From NCBI RefSeq assembly GCF_037042905.1, contig NC_087246.1, positions 1 to 64,000 of the forward strand: a DNA stretch of 64,000 bases, written 5' to 3'. Below the pieces are notes generated by a model that saw only the letters and a program-made list of their open reading frames with translations, searched no databases and had not been told where the DNA came from. The DNA comes from Lytechinus pictus. Taxonomy: Eukaryota. A program made the translations under genes and the position numbers. Shown here in pieces: positions 13,851-27,423 of this stretch (the stretch's first letter is position 1; each line of letters opens with the position of its first letter).

Positions 13851-14664
13851 TATTATAAAGATTAATCCAAAACAAAGCAAATAATTGTCGGCTTCATTGT
13901 ATTCGTGATGAACAAGTTAAGGTATCAAAAAATGATGCTAATTTTTTTTATTTGAATGACTTTGAGTAAATTGGAATTGACAAGGACGTTTAGTGTTTCC
14001 TGTTCAGTGCAATTTTTGTTTTCTTTTTTTTCATTTCACATTCTCGGGATGCGAACCTCCACTATAATTATAATTAATGAATACCATTATAAACAAAAAT
14101 ATTTGAAAAATAAAGACTCGCAAAAATTTTAATACTAGTGCAACGGTGATTTTTTTTTTTGTTATTTCATTTACTGGGAGGTACGACAGACAAATACCCG
14201 GTGTAGATCAAAATTTTGCTAATGGGGGGGGGGCTACAATTTTTACCTTTTTAATTTTCGCACCGCCAGTAGGAGGGGTTGCCGCCGCCCATAATTGGGT
14301 CCGGCACCTGGATCTGCCTATGGAATGGATGAGGAATAAGGAAAGGGGAGAAAAATAAAGGTGCCCCCTCCCGTAATATATCAAATATTTGTTAGTGGAT
14401 TTTGTCGTTCATTCTCAAGTGAGGACTTATTTTTCAACTTTTCCCAGGAATTTTGTGTATGGAATGATTTTTTCTTAGCATACTAGGTCTTGAATGCCCC
14501 CACTTTGGAAAATCCTGGATCAGCCCCTGTCAAGGTGTATATAGATGAAACTAAACTTGAATAGGGCTCCACATTAATGATTTTCAAAATTTAGCCATTT
14601 CCTATTTTCCCCGTTTAACACTGTGAGGTGAATAATTCAAATGCTTTCCCCATCGCTACCATAG

Positions 14665-17600
14665 AAGGATCCAGGGGGGGGTCATCCCCCCTTCCCTGTT
14701 GGCGGATTAAAGACCAAAAAATGGAGAAAGGAAGAAGAAACAGAAGGAAAAGAGAGGGGGAAAGGGAGGGAGAAAAGTGAATAAAATTAGGGAGGGGAGA
14801 CTTTGATGATTTAAAAGAACATGCAAAATTGACATTTTCGCTCGCGCTTCGCACTCGCATTGCTTATTTTCGATGAGTACATATTGCTCAATAGGCTGAT
14901 ATATATGAGCTTGACATTTAAGCTTTGCAGTCAAAATACAAAACAAATACTCTACGGTCAGCTAGGACATTGAACTTTCATTATTCTTTTTGATTTATAC
15001 CTCGGTCACATTTGCTCTGCGGCGGCCGTACGGAGAGTCGAAATAGCCGTTTTATTCATTTTTATTCAAACCACCTATATTGTGCTTAATTTGACCTTTT
15101 CACATCGGAATATCCAATATTATCAGTTCGCGCTTCGCGCTCGCATTATTGATTTCCGTGGTAAAAAGTGTATTAAGAATGCACAAATTCTAGAACACGC
15201 ATGTTTATTGAGACGGGCTGCTTATCCTTTATTGAAAACAGCATGCTTAAATTATCTCGCTTCAGATTAGAATATAAAAAAAATTCTTCTCGCTCTTGCA
15301 TTATAAAATAATGTAAGACGGTAACCAATTACCCACCCTTTTCACGATTTAGAAAACATAAATATAAAATAGCGTTCCTTTTAGGCCTATATATCTCAAT
15401 TGTTATCCGCTCACGCTTCGTGCTCCCACTGTGTTCTGTTCATACACAAAGTGCTTGGAATGTCCATTTTTATGGTCAGAACTTCAAACATTTTAGCTCG
15501 AGCTTTGCGCTCGCATTATTTTGATTGAAATATGCATCGTCTTCTTGGCTAACTGTAAACCGCCATTAGCAAGTCCCTTTTCGATCAGGCCAGAACGTAT
15601 ATTTCTCTCTTTTCTTACTTACTTTTTTTTTGCTCCTTCGCGCTCGCAGCAATTTTAGTAAAATACGCATCTTGTTCAAGTTCACAAACATTGCCCAGAA
15701 TGTTCAATTTTGAGGATAAAAAACATGAAATTTCAAAAATATTTTAGCTCGCGCTTCGCACTTGCACTATAGGGGCTATGATATTATTGTATATTGTATT
15801 TTGTGTATGCTGTTTAATGAGAATAAAGAAGTGACTGTTAGGACTACCCCTATTAACTTTGAGCGGCTGATTGTGGAAAATACGGGTGCAAATATTTTTC
15901 GGCCCCTTCCCCGGTTTATTTCCAATTTGTCTAATTGCCAACTCGTCTACTATCGTTTGGTCCATCAGTTCGTCAACTCACCACATAGTCTTTTTTCTTC
16001 TTCATTTAGTCTAATGCCATTCCGTCTAATGACCAGTGGACCCAAAAGCCATTTGGTTGAAATACCATTTCATCTAATTGGACTATAAGTGTATTATTGT
16101 GAATGAATGAAAATAAAATGGGTATTAGACCAACCGGTTATGAGACTAAATGGTCATTGACGAGATGGTTATTAGACAAAGTGATGATTGGACCAAATGG
16201 TTAATGGACCAGTGGCTGTTAGACGAAATGTTGATGGACAGATTGGCATAAGACTAAATGAAAGTAGACCATGTAGTGAGTGGACAAGTTGGCCGTAGAC
16301 GAATTGGCACCCCCCCCTATTGGCGATAGATCCGCCCATGCACTACTACTTCTTTCTTATCTCATTATGATCTCTCAGTTCCATATCCCCCCCTCTCTCT
16401 CTCACTCTTTCTACGAGGACTCTTTTATCGTATGCATATCTTCCTTCGATTTCCTCCCCCCCCCCTCTCTCTCTCTCTTTCCCTCTCCTGACTGCTGTTC
16501 CTTTATAGTTAATTCCCCTCTTTTCTCTCAAACCCCCTTTCTGTCTCAACATCTTTGCCCCCCCCCCATAAATTTCATTCAATTATTCTACCCCTTTCAA
16601 TATCTCCAACATGATTCTATACTCCTCAATGTGCCATACACACCTTGAGAGAGAGAAAAAAAAACACTCAAGAGATAAATGGGCAGAAATAGCATGGGTC
16701 AAAGAAAGAAGCATTAATGGTTCAAGATTATGGGATTCACAGAATTTAATGCATATGTAGAGTAAATACATGATTTATAATGTAGTATACATATTGATAA
16801 TGGCAGTTAAAAGGAGGGTAATCCTTGTGACTTGGCCTTATAAAAATTTTGGCTCGCGACTTGCGCTCGCATAAACGGTTAAAAATATTACCTGATACAT
16901 CATATTCATAATTACAAAAGTGCTTGAAATTTCCAGTTTTCATACCATGTTATCATCAGATTTCGCGTCTCATTAGGCATTTATAGATCAGATATTAATT
17001 TTCATGGTTAAATTGTCCTTTCTGTTTCATCTCGCGCTTAGCAAGAGGAATAGGAAGATATTCATCACTTTCATGTCCCGGTCCTTTGTCAAATCTATCA
17101 GCTCTTTATTAAGTGCGATCCAAATCCACCTCACAAAGTACTTGAGCTGAAATTGACCCCTTTTTCAGATCAGAATGTCAAATATTTTAAGGTCGCGCTT
17201 CGCGCTCGCTTTGATTTTCAATTTCATGTTAAAATATATATTCAGAATGCCTAGATTGTAGGCCTAAATTGGAAACACGCGAGCGCATGTCTATCTAGAT
17301 ACTCAACTTGTTAGTATTTCAATCATTATCCAGTTTCTGAAAAACAAAATTCTGCTAGCGCTTTGTGCTCGCATTTTTTATGTAGGAAGAACCCCTATTA
17401 CTCATCCTTATTATACAAAACATGAATAGAGTGTCCCATTTTTTAGGTCTAAATCTCGATTTTTTTTCCCGCTCGCGCTTCGCGCTCGCATTAATTGTTT
17501 TATAGCGACGATCCTGTTCATGGTCACAATAATCGATTAAAATTTTCCATTCTTTATGTAGAAGTGTAAAAAAAAAATCGGCTCGCGCTTGCATTATTTT

Positions 17601-18195
17601 ATTGTTGAAATATGTAACGTCTCCATGGCTAAGTGAAATAAGCAGTCCTTAACAGGTACCTTTTTGATCAGTTCAAAACGTATACAAAAATATTATGCTC
17701 GCGCTTTGCGCGAGTATTATTAAAGTAACAAAGATCGGCAATTTGACATCCTTTTCCATGATGATTTAAAAGACATGACTAGACATGTCTCGTTTTTAGG
17801 TCTAAATCTTCCAATTTTGTGCCCGCGCTTCGCATCAATATTGCTAAGTTATATACCTATCCTGTTTAAGTTACAAAAAGTGCCTATGATTTCAATTCTG
17901 TTCGCACTTCGCGTTCTTAGTAATTATTTAGTTGCATACACATCTTTTTCATGATAAACATTGCCCAGAAATTTCAAACTTTGGGGAAAAACATAATTTT
18001 TTTAATAAATTAGCTCGCATTATATAAAAAGGGTTATGATATCATATATTTATGTTGATTTATAAGACAAAAGCTAAGAAGTGACAATTTCTTCATAGAA
18101 ACAAATATAAATCATATTCGCGCGGCCGATTGGGGAAAAATAATGGTGAAAAAAAAATTGCCCCCCCCCCTTTGGCGAAAGCTGGATCCACCCCT
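14665..18195. repeat. Cluster of interspersed repeats built on a recurring CGCTCGCGCTTCGCGCTCGC motif, with GGATCC/poly-C ends and nested MITEs
   Basis: More than 15 copies of the gctcgcgcttcgc motif; two colinear diverged copies (~14840-15900 and ~16850-18190). Confidence 0.65.
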
Positions 18196-20585
18196 TCATC
18201 CTATTTATTTCTCTCCTTCCGTCCATCTCTCCATTCTTCCAGGAGCCGCGGAATAGTTTTGAAAAATGTTTTTTTTATTTTATTTCTACCTTATTTCTAC
18301 CAATAAAATTATTAATGAAAATAATGCGGTACAAAAATCAATGTCATTCTTCTTCCTGTTTTAAACTATATACGTGTACAAAAAACGCACCACCAGCTAA
18401 AAAAAAACAAAAAAACTTGGGGGTCACAACCCGAGCACCCCACTTCCCAGGGCCATATACAAGGATTCTAATTTATTAATTTTAAAGAAAGCATGAGACA
18501 TCAATTGTTGGAAAAAAAATTAAAGAGACCTATTAATGACTGCATGTGGTCCTACCGGTACGCTAGATCTGCGCACAAAACTGCTTTCATATGACACGCA
18601 AAAGGGATGAATCTTAGTGGAAAAGTGGAATAAAGCAAACAGGATTTAGAAACTGCCTTCGTTGGCGTTCAATAATATGGGTAATATGATACAAATTCTG
18701 CTAGCTTATTCGTACTATTATTTCTGGCCATTGTACTTAGATCAAAATTTTAATGTGGAAACATTTTTTTTTTTTTTTTAATGATACAAATCGAGCGAGG
18801 CAAGCACAATGATATGGGGCAGAGTTCCAAGTCTTCATGCCCCAGACTGAATATATTTTGCATCAACTTACTCTAAAAACAAGTGTTTATGTTTTATTTT
18901 TTATTATTCATTTTTTAAGTATAAGGTAAAATTATAAGTCTCGGAGTGTCAGTTAATGCTGCAAAAGATGTATAAGGCCTACTCTTTTGCAGCACTATCC
19001 AGCTACCGCGGCGAGGACGCCCTCCGAGAAGGTAGCCATATCAAAACTAAAAACAAAAAATTCCCCTTAGATTACTGGTGGATCCAAGGGGCATAATTAT
19101 CGAGAGCCAAAATTGTAATTTGTAATATAAGCATGCCCTTTTTACCCAAGCATGCCCCCTTGAAAGTGAGGATATATATATATATGCCCTATATATTTTT
19201 TTGCTTGTCAATTTTTATGGACGAAATGACTTTCAATTTTTGGTAAAAAAATATTTTGTAATGCTCATCAAATTTGCATCGGGAAAATGTGCCCTCCATA
19301 GGCCATGTCCCCCCTAAATTTTAGGTGGGGACCATTGGCAGCGGAAATCAAAAATTTAGGGAGGGGGACCACCAAAATTTTGTGACAAGCCCCCTCCCCC
19401 AAAAAAGTTTATCAACCCAAATTTTAGGGGAGACCACATGAATTTTTTAGGGTGGTCCACTGGAATTTAGGGGGCATGCACGCAGGAAAAAAAAATTGAC
19501 AAGCAAAAAAAAAGGTTATCAACAAAAAATTAGGGGGGGACGATCGTCCCCCCACCTCAAATTTAGGGGGGCACACCCCCCCCCCGCTGCCTATGGGGGA
19601 TGTTGTTAGCTTTTTGGGGGGCTAAATTTTTTTTCGGCCCCCCCCCCCCCTTTGATAACCTTTTTTTGTCAAAAATTTTGGTGCCCCCTAAATTTTTTGA
19701 CTGCCACAGCTAACATGGCTAATAGTGCCCCCCCCCCTTTGGAAATCCCGGACCCTCCCTTAATTGCCTAGATATAGATGTTTAAATAGTTAATTATTTT
19801 GAAAGTCAGAGTGCCCTCGCCCCCCCCCCCCCATGCTTTAGTTATGGCATAAAACTTATGTCATATCTAAACCTTATATCAGCAAGAGGTCAGAGCATAC
19901 TATCCGTCACCAAACGACTGCATTTGAGCCATTCATTTTCCCTTTTCTCTTCTTTCTATTATTTTCTTGTTATTTAATCATTGTTTATTTGTATAAGCTC
20001 GGATCCGAGACTAACTGATACGGTGAACGTACTTTCGTTCGAGTTGTGTATTTGCGTAATAATAGACCGAGACGAGAAAGGACACGCCCACAATCCCTCG
20101 TTCAGTGCCGAGCTCTGTGCCGTACGTGTCGACCAAATTTCAAAGAGAAATTTGTACACAAATCTGTCACAATTCGGACCTAATTTCGCCTCAGATTAAC
20201 AGATATTTAGATCTCTTTGGAACACTAAAAGTCATTCACTTGGGGTTTTTTAATATGCTGATTCAGGTGAGGTACTTTTCAATGCTTTTAAACATAGATT
20301 TCAAAAATTAGATTTTCGTTTTGGGATCCCTAATCATAGTCCTACCTGTACCCCACAGGCAGGATGGTTGCAGTGAACAAGTGGTTACACATGTTACACG
20401 CCTACCGTATATCACTCATTCAACGAACAAGCCAAGGTTTGATATAACCTTGTTCTCAGTTACATCTCCATGTGTGGCAAAATAAGGGTGGCAATTTTGG
20501 CTTATTTTCTCTTTTTCTATGGGACAAATGCCTTGATTTTCTTACACTGTCAGTTTCCAATACAGCTATTCATCATATAACTTGG

Positions 20586-22565
20586 GGCATAATCGTGATA
20601 TAGTCCCCAAATCCAAAAGTGGGGATTATTAGAATCACACCTACCAGAACGCATGAAAATCACTTCCTTTCTCCAGAACACAGTCCCCAACTCTCGCACA
20701 ACTCTGTGGCAAAATGATAACACACACAAATGAAACACACACTGTATATAAACACTAGGGTTCTCTCCCTATTATATACTCGTGATCCAGTCCCCACTCA
20801 ATGGGAAATCCAGTTTGATTTTCACGGCGGTGGGGACAGTTCCAACAGTATATATACTCGTGATCCAGTCCCCACTCAATGGGAAATCCAGTTTGATTTT
20901 CACGGCGGTGGGGACAGTTCCAACAGTATAGTATACTCGTGATCCAGTCCCCACTCAATGGGAAATCCAGTTTGATTTTCACGGCGGTGGGGATAGCTCC
21001 AACAGTATTCATACTCGTGATACCGTCCCCTCACAACATAAAATCGTGCTCGTTCAACAAGGGGATGGGGACAGTTTCCTGATGCATTGTGACAAGGATA
21101 AAACATTTTAGGGTATGGCTGCGGAAGCTGATGAGGGAGGGGGGGGGGGGGACTTCAGCCCCTCCCTTTTTCCAAAACATTGTGAATCCTTCTGAACTAA
21201 AATCCTATAGAAATGCCTTCACATAACATAAAAGTGCAAAGTCTTTTTTCCAGACCCGGTTAATTAAAAATTGTAATATAAGTTCAAAGTCTTTTTTTCC
21301 AGACCCGGTTGTTAAAATTATAATATAAGTTCAAAGTCTTTTTCCAGACCCACTTTTACAAATCATTTCTCAAAGAGTAAAAAAGTAATAAAGATCCCCA
21401 ATCTCTTATTATTGTTAAATAACATGGAAATATAGCGTAGTCTTTCCTCCAGACCCAGTTATAAAAATTGTTAAAAACACAACAAAACAAAAACCCTGCA
21501 ATCTTATCAACATTGAATAGCACGGAAATATGGTGTAGTCTTTGCTCCAGTTATTTCAAAATAGGAAATCACGAGAAACAATAAAAACAAACAAACAACA
21601 TTAATTAACCAAGGCCCCCCTAATATTATTGATGTAGAATAACGTTGTTGTTGTTGTTGTTGTATTATTATTTATAATTTTGGAATAACAGGGTTTGGAG
21701 AAAAGACTAAACTCGATTTTTAATTTTTATTCCACTGGAATATCATTATGGTATCTTAGTTTGGACTTATATGATAATTTTTGAAACAACCGGGTCTGGA
21801 AAAAAAGACTTTGGACTTATATTATAATTTTTAATTAACCGGGTCTGGAAAAAAAGACTTTTAACTTATATTAAAATTTTTTTATTAACCGGGTCTGGAA
21901 AAAAGACTGCACTTTTATGCTATATATGAAGGCATTTCTATAGGATTTTAGTTCAGAAGGATTCACAATGTTTTGGAAAAAGGTAGGGGCTGAAGTCCCC
22001 CCCCCCCTCCCTCATCAGCTTCCGCATGCAGCCATACCCTAAAATGTTTTATCCTTGTCACAATGCATCAGGAAACTGTCCCCATCCCCTTGTTGAACGA
22101 GCACGATTTTATGTTGTGAGGGGACGGTATCACGAGTATGAATACTGTTGGAGCTATCCCCACCGCCGTGAAAATCAAACTGGATTTCCCATTGAGTGGG
22201 GACTGGATCACGAGTATACTATACTGTTGGAACTGTCCCCACCGCCGTGAAAATCAAACTGGATTTCCCATTGAGTGGGGACTGGATCACGAGTATATAT
22301 ACTGTTGGAACTGTCCCCACCGCCGTGAAAATCAAACTGGATTTCTCATTGAGTGGGGACTGGATCACGTGTATATAATAGGGAGAGAACCCCTAGTGTT
22401 TATATACAGTGTGTGTTTCATTTGTGTGTGTTATCATTTTGCCACAGAGTTGTGCGAGAGTTGGGGACTGTGTTCTGGAGAAAGGAAGTGATTTTCATGC
22501 GTTCTGGTAGGTGTGATTCTAATAATCCCCACTTTTGGATTTGGGGACTATATCACGATTATGCC
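20586..22565. mobile_element. Foldback-type DNA transposon, 1980 bp, with ~770-bp TIRs containing 78-79 bp tandem repeats; non-coding
   Basis: Termini GGCATAATCGTGATA/TATCACGATTATGCC; perfect 8-bp TSD TAACTTGG (20578-20585, 22566-22573); near-identical arms; mirrored ORFs in the ORF track. Confidence 0.92.
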
Positions 22566-22668
22566 TAACTTGGCTCTTATGTAAATTTGATTCTTTTAAT
22601 TATTTTTTCTTAATTAAAAATAGAGATTGCAAAATGAAAATTTTCTTGCCATATTACTTTCCACCAAT

Positions 22669-22780
22669 AATAATAATAATAATAATAATAATATAATAAT
22701 CCGTTTTTTATATAGCGCTTAATACATCGGAACGACGTGTCTAAGCGCTTTACAGATATATTATTACCCTAATTAGTAAT
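22669..22780 (-). mobile_element. 5'-truncated LINE/SINE 3' tail (CR1/L2-type stem-loop plus (ATT)n tail)
   Basis: Minus strand gtaaagcgcttag...taagcgctatataa followed by (att)n; absent from the paralogous site ccaccaat|agagggcg near 8150. Confidence 0.75.
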
Positions 22781-23027
22781 AGAGGGCGTACACAAAAATA
22801 TGCCCCAAATTCAAGTTTTTGAGCGCTCTGGTGAATACAAAAATTATTTCCAAGTTACTAATGAAAAATAAATTGCAACTGTATGGAAATTAGTAATTTT
22901 GGTCACAAAAGTGATATTTTAATGATTTTTTAAAGTGTGTGCTATGTACAGCATTGGCATACCATAGTGATAGTCCTACCTGTACTAGTAGATTCCCCAC
23001 AGGCAGGATGGTTGCAGTGAACAAGTG

Positions 23028-23511
23028 CCGTATAGGGCACATGAGAGTAATTCATCTGCGCGCAAAGCATGTCGGACAGGCGTAAGTAAAGATCACATGA
23101 CTTTATTGATTAAAATAATTCATTAAAAATAGATCAAATGTTTGTATATCAAAAGAAGAACGATAGAGATAATGCTATGTTCATACTCTCTCATAATTAA
23201 GGCGTTTGGGGAGGCTAGACTGCATTTTTGTATTTCATTTTAATTATTATTACCCACAATGCAGTTCTGTTTTTTCTGGCAATGAACTGGCCGAAATTAT
23301 GGTTAGTCTTATTTCAGGCCATTTAACTTTTGATTGATCTGGGCAAGTACCTGATTAACATATCAAGTCTTAATGTACTGTTAATTGTGACTAATGTCAG
23401 TGAATTAAAGCAAAATCTATCGAGGGATTGATTTTTAATGATTTTTTGATGAGCTATGATATAACACGTGAGTGAATGGGGGTCTGTAATACTCATGTGT
23501 GCCCTATACGG
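23028..23511. mobile_element. MITE with CCGTA termini
   Basis: TIRs ccgtatagggcacatgag / ctcatgtgtgccctatacgg. Confidence 0.7.
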
Positions 23512-26500
23512 TATATCTGCACCATAGAGATATATACTAATAACGCTAGAGGGCGTACTTCGTCAAATCTCTGTGATTACGCGGAGACTGGCCGCCATTA
23601 CTCGATAGGTCTTCGCAGCCTGCCATGCGCGTACAGTACCTATGGGGCATGTACAGTGATAGCACAGAAACGGAACAAAATGATGACATATGAGCTCGAA
23701 AGCAAATGGAAAAGCAAAATTGTAAATCGCACTGGATTAAAGTTCAAATTAACAAAGAATCTATCAAAACTGAGGACGAAACTGCCTATATAGACGGCAT
23801 AATATATCCTACAAATGAGTCCAACGATATACATCCCCAATCGTTTTTGCTTTGGTCATAACATTTCGATGTATCATATATTATGACTTCTATTTTCTGA
23901 TGATTTGGAAGGGATGAATATTAAAAATAACATGCAGGCCTAGGCATATCGTTCTAGGTCCTGCAAATTTAACATGATCTGGTGTTCAAGTTGACCCGTT
24001 TTAAATCAGAAATTTCATAGGCCCTTTCACAGTGTCTGATGCATCCGAGACACAAGGTATAGAAAAAAACACGATTGCATTTTTTTTTCAAGTATAGTTT
24101 TCTAATTACTATGATGCAGATTGCTGATAATTTATTTCTTTACTTTTGATAATTTTTTATAATTTATCTTCCACATAGATCTACACATAGAAATCATATA
24201 TAGATTAGGGCCTAGCTCCTTTCCCCATGGTTTTAAACGCCGATGTAACCAACATCACAATAACTCGTGAGTCATAAAATGACTTTTATTGATAATATTT
24301 GAAAATGGTTTATGCATTGGTCCAGTCAATCGATAAGTTTATGATTTAAATTTCCAATGCTGTCAACCATCCGGTCATATTGATTACTTATATACGTGCG
24401 AGCAATTTAGAAATGTTTGTTGACAGCAAAATTTGCATATCAAATGCGCGCATGCATGCAGTAGTACAATAAAATTTTGCAATGTACAGGAGGCCATGGG
24501 GTAAAGTGTAGGATGTTAATGTACAGTGTATTATTGACTTGCAAACATTTCAATATTTCGGAGAGTAAACAAATTACAATGCATGTTTAACACAACATAG
24601 AACAATTTCACTTTGATTTTCTGGAAAGTCTAAACTTGATTCACTCCGGCTGAAATACTATGCAGATCGGCAAACCGGCTGAAATATTCTGTTGATATAA
24701 TAATGGCCGGCGTTTGTGATCCTGTAATGATTAGACCAATATTATGTGAACAAATCAAGGATAGAATAATGAGGAGAGGAATAAGGAGGAGAAGAAGAAA
24801 AGAAAAAGGGCGGGAAGACTGAGGATATTTTTATTATACTACAAAGATTATGATTACTAAAACTGAGTGTATAAAACCAGTTGATAAAAATATCATGAAA
24901 GAGATTCATAATCATAAATGCAAACTTAATAAACTTATCATATTAAAACGGTTGCAATATTATTGTGAGTACTAAAACCAAACATAATATTATTTGAATA
25001 TCGCAAAACTGAAAATACTTGGAATAAGATGTTATACAAATTGTTAGCTGTTGAGTGATCATCATAGGTACCTGTCTTGAAATTGTGTTAATTAACAGTG
25101 TCTGTGTTAACTTTATGGCAAAGATTTCCAAACACCGGCCTATAATGTCATAAACCGGTAAACATGCGTTTTGCATATTCAGTTTTGTTTGTCATTATAA
25201 AAGTATAACTTATTTGCCTTTTCTTCTAATTTTCTTCTTTTAATTTCATTGGCTAGCCTATAGATGGACCTGAGTTTGATTATTCATTTGTTTTATAAGA
25301 AAGTTTTCACGGATGAACAAAATTATAATATCATTTACATACAGGGCCGCAGAATGATTTTGAAACAGGGGGTGCATAAAATCACAATTATTTATTATGT
25401 CATGTTCATTTTCACTTTAGGGAGGGATCCATGCAGTCGCGCCCCTTGTATTTTATTTTGATCAGTGTGTCAAAGTAATTTTGATTGGGTGCGTATGACA
25501 TTTTAATTACACCCACCCCTTAAAAAGCGAATAAAAAAAATTGATTCTAACTTAAAGTGAAGGGAATTAAAAAGCAAATAGATATTGGAAAAAGTCATTC
25601 TCTACATTTTTTAATCAATATTTCATTTTTGGTGCCATATAGGCCTGCAGATTTCGGGAATTTATTATGTTCCTATGAGAAAAAAAAATCAACACGTACA
25701 CTCTGAATTCCATGGATTAAAAATAAATCCAGATCGGCTGTGAATGGTAACCAGCCACATTTTTATTATATTTTTAATCTGTAGGATTAACTTTTAAATT
25801 TCAAATTATTAAAATTCAAATCTTTTAACTTTATATGTTTAAAGTATACATCCAAAGAAAATTCACGAAAGTGATGATTATAGACAAATTATATATGAAT
25901 GGAAAGGTCTTGTCTTTTTATACACAAATATGTCACTAAAAAGTCTTATTGATGTCGTGGAAATGCAAGAAATGAAATTATTAGAGACCCTTCTCAGCCC
26001 CCCAGCCGCCCCCAGACCGCGATCAAATACAGTCGAGAATAATGACGTCACATGATGATCGACTCACTCAGCCGCTCTCTGCTCTGTGCAAGCCAGCAGT
26101 ACAGTGATAGCTGATTCACCTTCGTGGTCTCTATTTTTCTTCGAATTTACTGTTTTCTTCATGTATTGTGATATCCGAATTCTGTTTTCGACAACTTCAG
26201 ACTATAAGGGAACCAGAACTGTGTTATTTTGCCCGGTTTTTATTGAATTGTGAACTGGAAAGATCGATTTTGTCCACTCGACAGTCTTCGTTGTGTTGCT
26301 CTACTAACTATTGAAAAACTCCAAGCTGCACGGTCCCATTCACTTGCTCCCGATGCATGTTGCAGGTTACGCTGTTTGATCCAGTCAAAAGTCAAGGTAA
26401 GCATGTTTGGAAACTGTACTTGTTCTGACGATGCATTCAGGTCAGATGACAGATACAGATCTGATATAAGTTTAGAATCATGCATTTTGGCGTATACTAT

Positions 26501-26757
26501 TAAAATTAAAAAGTCTTTATTTTAGAAATAATGTTTTTGCACAATTCCAGCAGATTTTTTCTTCAGATTTCTAAAAGTAAAACTGGTCAGGACTCAGGCA
26601 GGCGATTAAATTAATTCAAATTATTTAGGAGCACTGGTATGGACCATGGCTGAATATCTGCTGTTTCAGAGGAATGTTTAAGTTTTTATTATACACAGAA
26701 TTATATCACCATGATGCCGATGTCATGAAGCCAGACAAATTTTCAGCAGTGATTACC

Positions 26758-26943
26758 CACCCAAGGGTTCATTACATGCCGCCGCGCACAGAAAAATCAA
26801 GCCATAGGCATAGAAGTCGTGTGTTGTGGACCCAAGAAGTGAGATCCCAGCACGCGCGACCCACTAGTTAGAAATCCACTGCCAAACGCGGTTCGTGGTG
26901 CGAGGTTAGTATACTAATACTAACCTCGCAATACGTGTGAGTG
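26758..26943 (+). mobile_element. 186-bp element, copy 1 (CAC...GTG ends, 9-bp TSD, MULE-like)
   Basis: Flanked by GTGATTACC (26749-26757, 26944-26952); subterminal hairpin tgcgaggttagta...tactaacctcgca. Confidence 0.85.
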
Positions 26944-26970
26944 GTGATTACCCTGATTCCTGGCCAAAAT

Positions 26971-27150
26971 CACTCACACGTATTGCGAGGTTAGTATTAG
27001 TATACTAACCTCGCACCACGAACCGCGTTTGGCAGTGGATTTCTAACTAGTGGGTCGCGTGTGCTGGGATCTCACTTCTTGGGTCCACAACACACGACTT
27101 CTATGGCTTTAATTTTCTGTGCGCGGCGGCATGTAATGAACCCTTGGGTG
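26971..27150 (-). mobile_element. 180-bp element, copy 2, inverted relative to copy 1
   Basis: Flanked by GGCCAAAAT (26962-26970, 27151-27159); reverse complement of copy 1 except for a 6-bp indel and a few substitutions. Confidence 0.85.
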
Positions 27151-27274
27151 GGCCAAAATTAGAGTCTGGTGTCTCTTTCTGATTAGAGTGTTGCTGCATA
27201 TATGCATGCGTAATGCCTTCAACAATGAAGATAAATGCAATCTTTGTAATGACACAGAGACTCAGAGAGCACCG

Positions 27275-27423
27275 TACCTCAAGTGATATTCGTGTAGTCT
27301 CCACTTCACTACTGCTACAGCCTACACTACGCTACACACCTACCCGGGTAGGTGTGGCGTACATGTACTGTAGTGTAGCGGTAGTGAAGTGGAGTGGGGC
27401 CTACACAAACATCACTTGAGGTA
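27275..27423. mobile_element. 149-bp palindromic MITE with 8-bp TSD (hAT-like)
   Basis: TIRs tacctcaagtgat/atcacttgaggta; centre cctacccgggtagg; flanks gagcaccg/gagcacca (7/8 match). Confidence 0.7.

Noticed and set aside
9000..19900. Numerous 60-120 aa ORFs
   Set aside because: Low-complexity translations of repeats with no recognisable domains or splice-consistent exon chain.
20775..21015. 78-79 bp repeats and the repetitive ORFs they generate (mirrored at 22135-22375) as a CRISPR array or a gene
   Set aside because: Contiguous tandem units with no unique spacers, inside foldback TIRs in a eukaryotic genome; ORFs are open in several frames.
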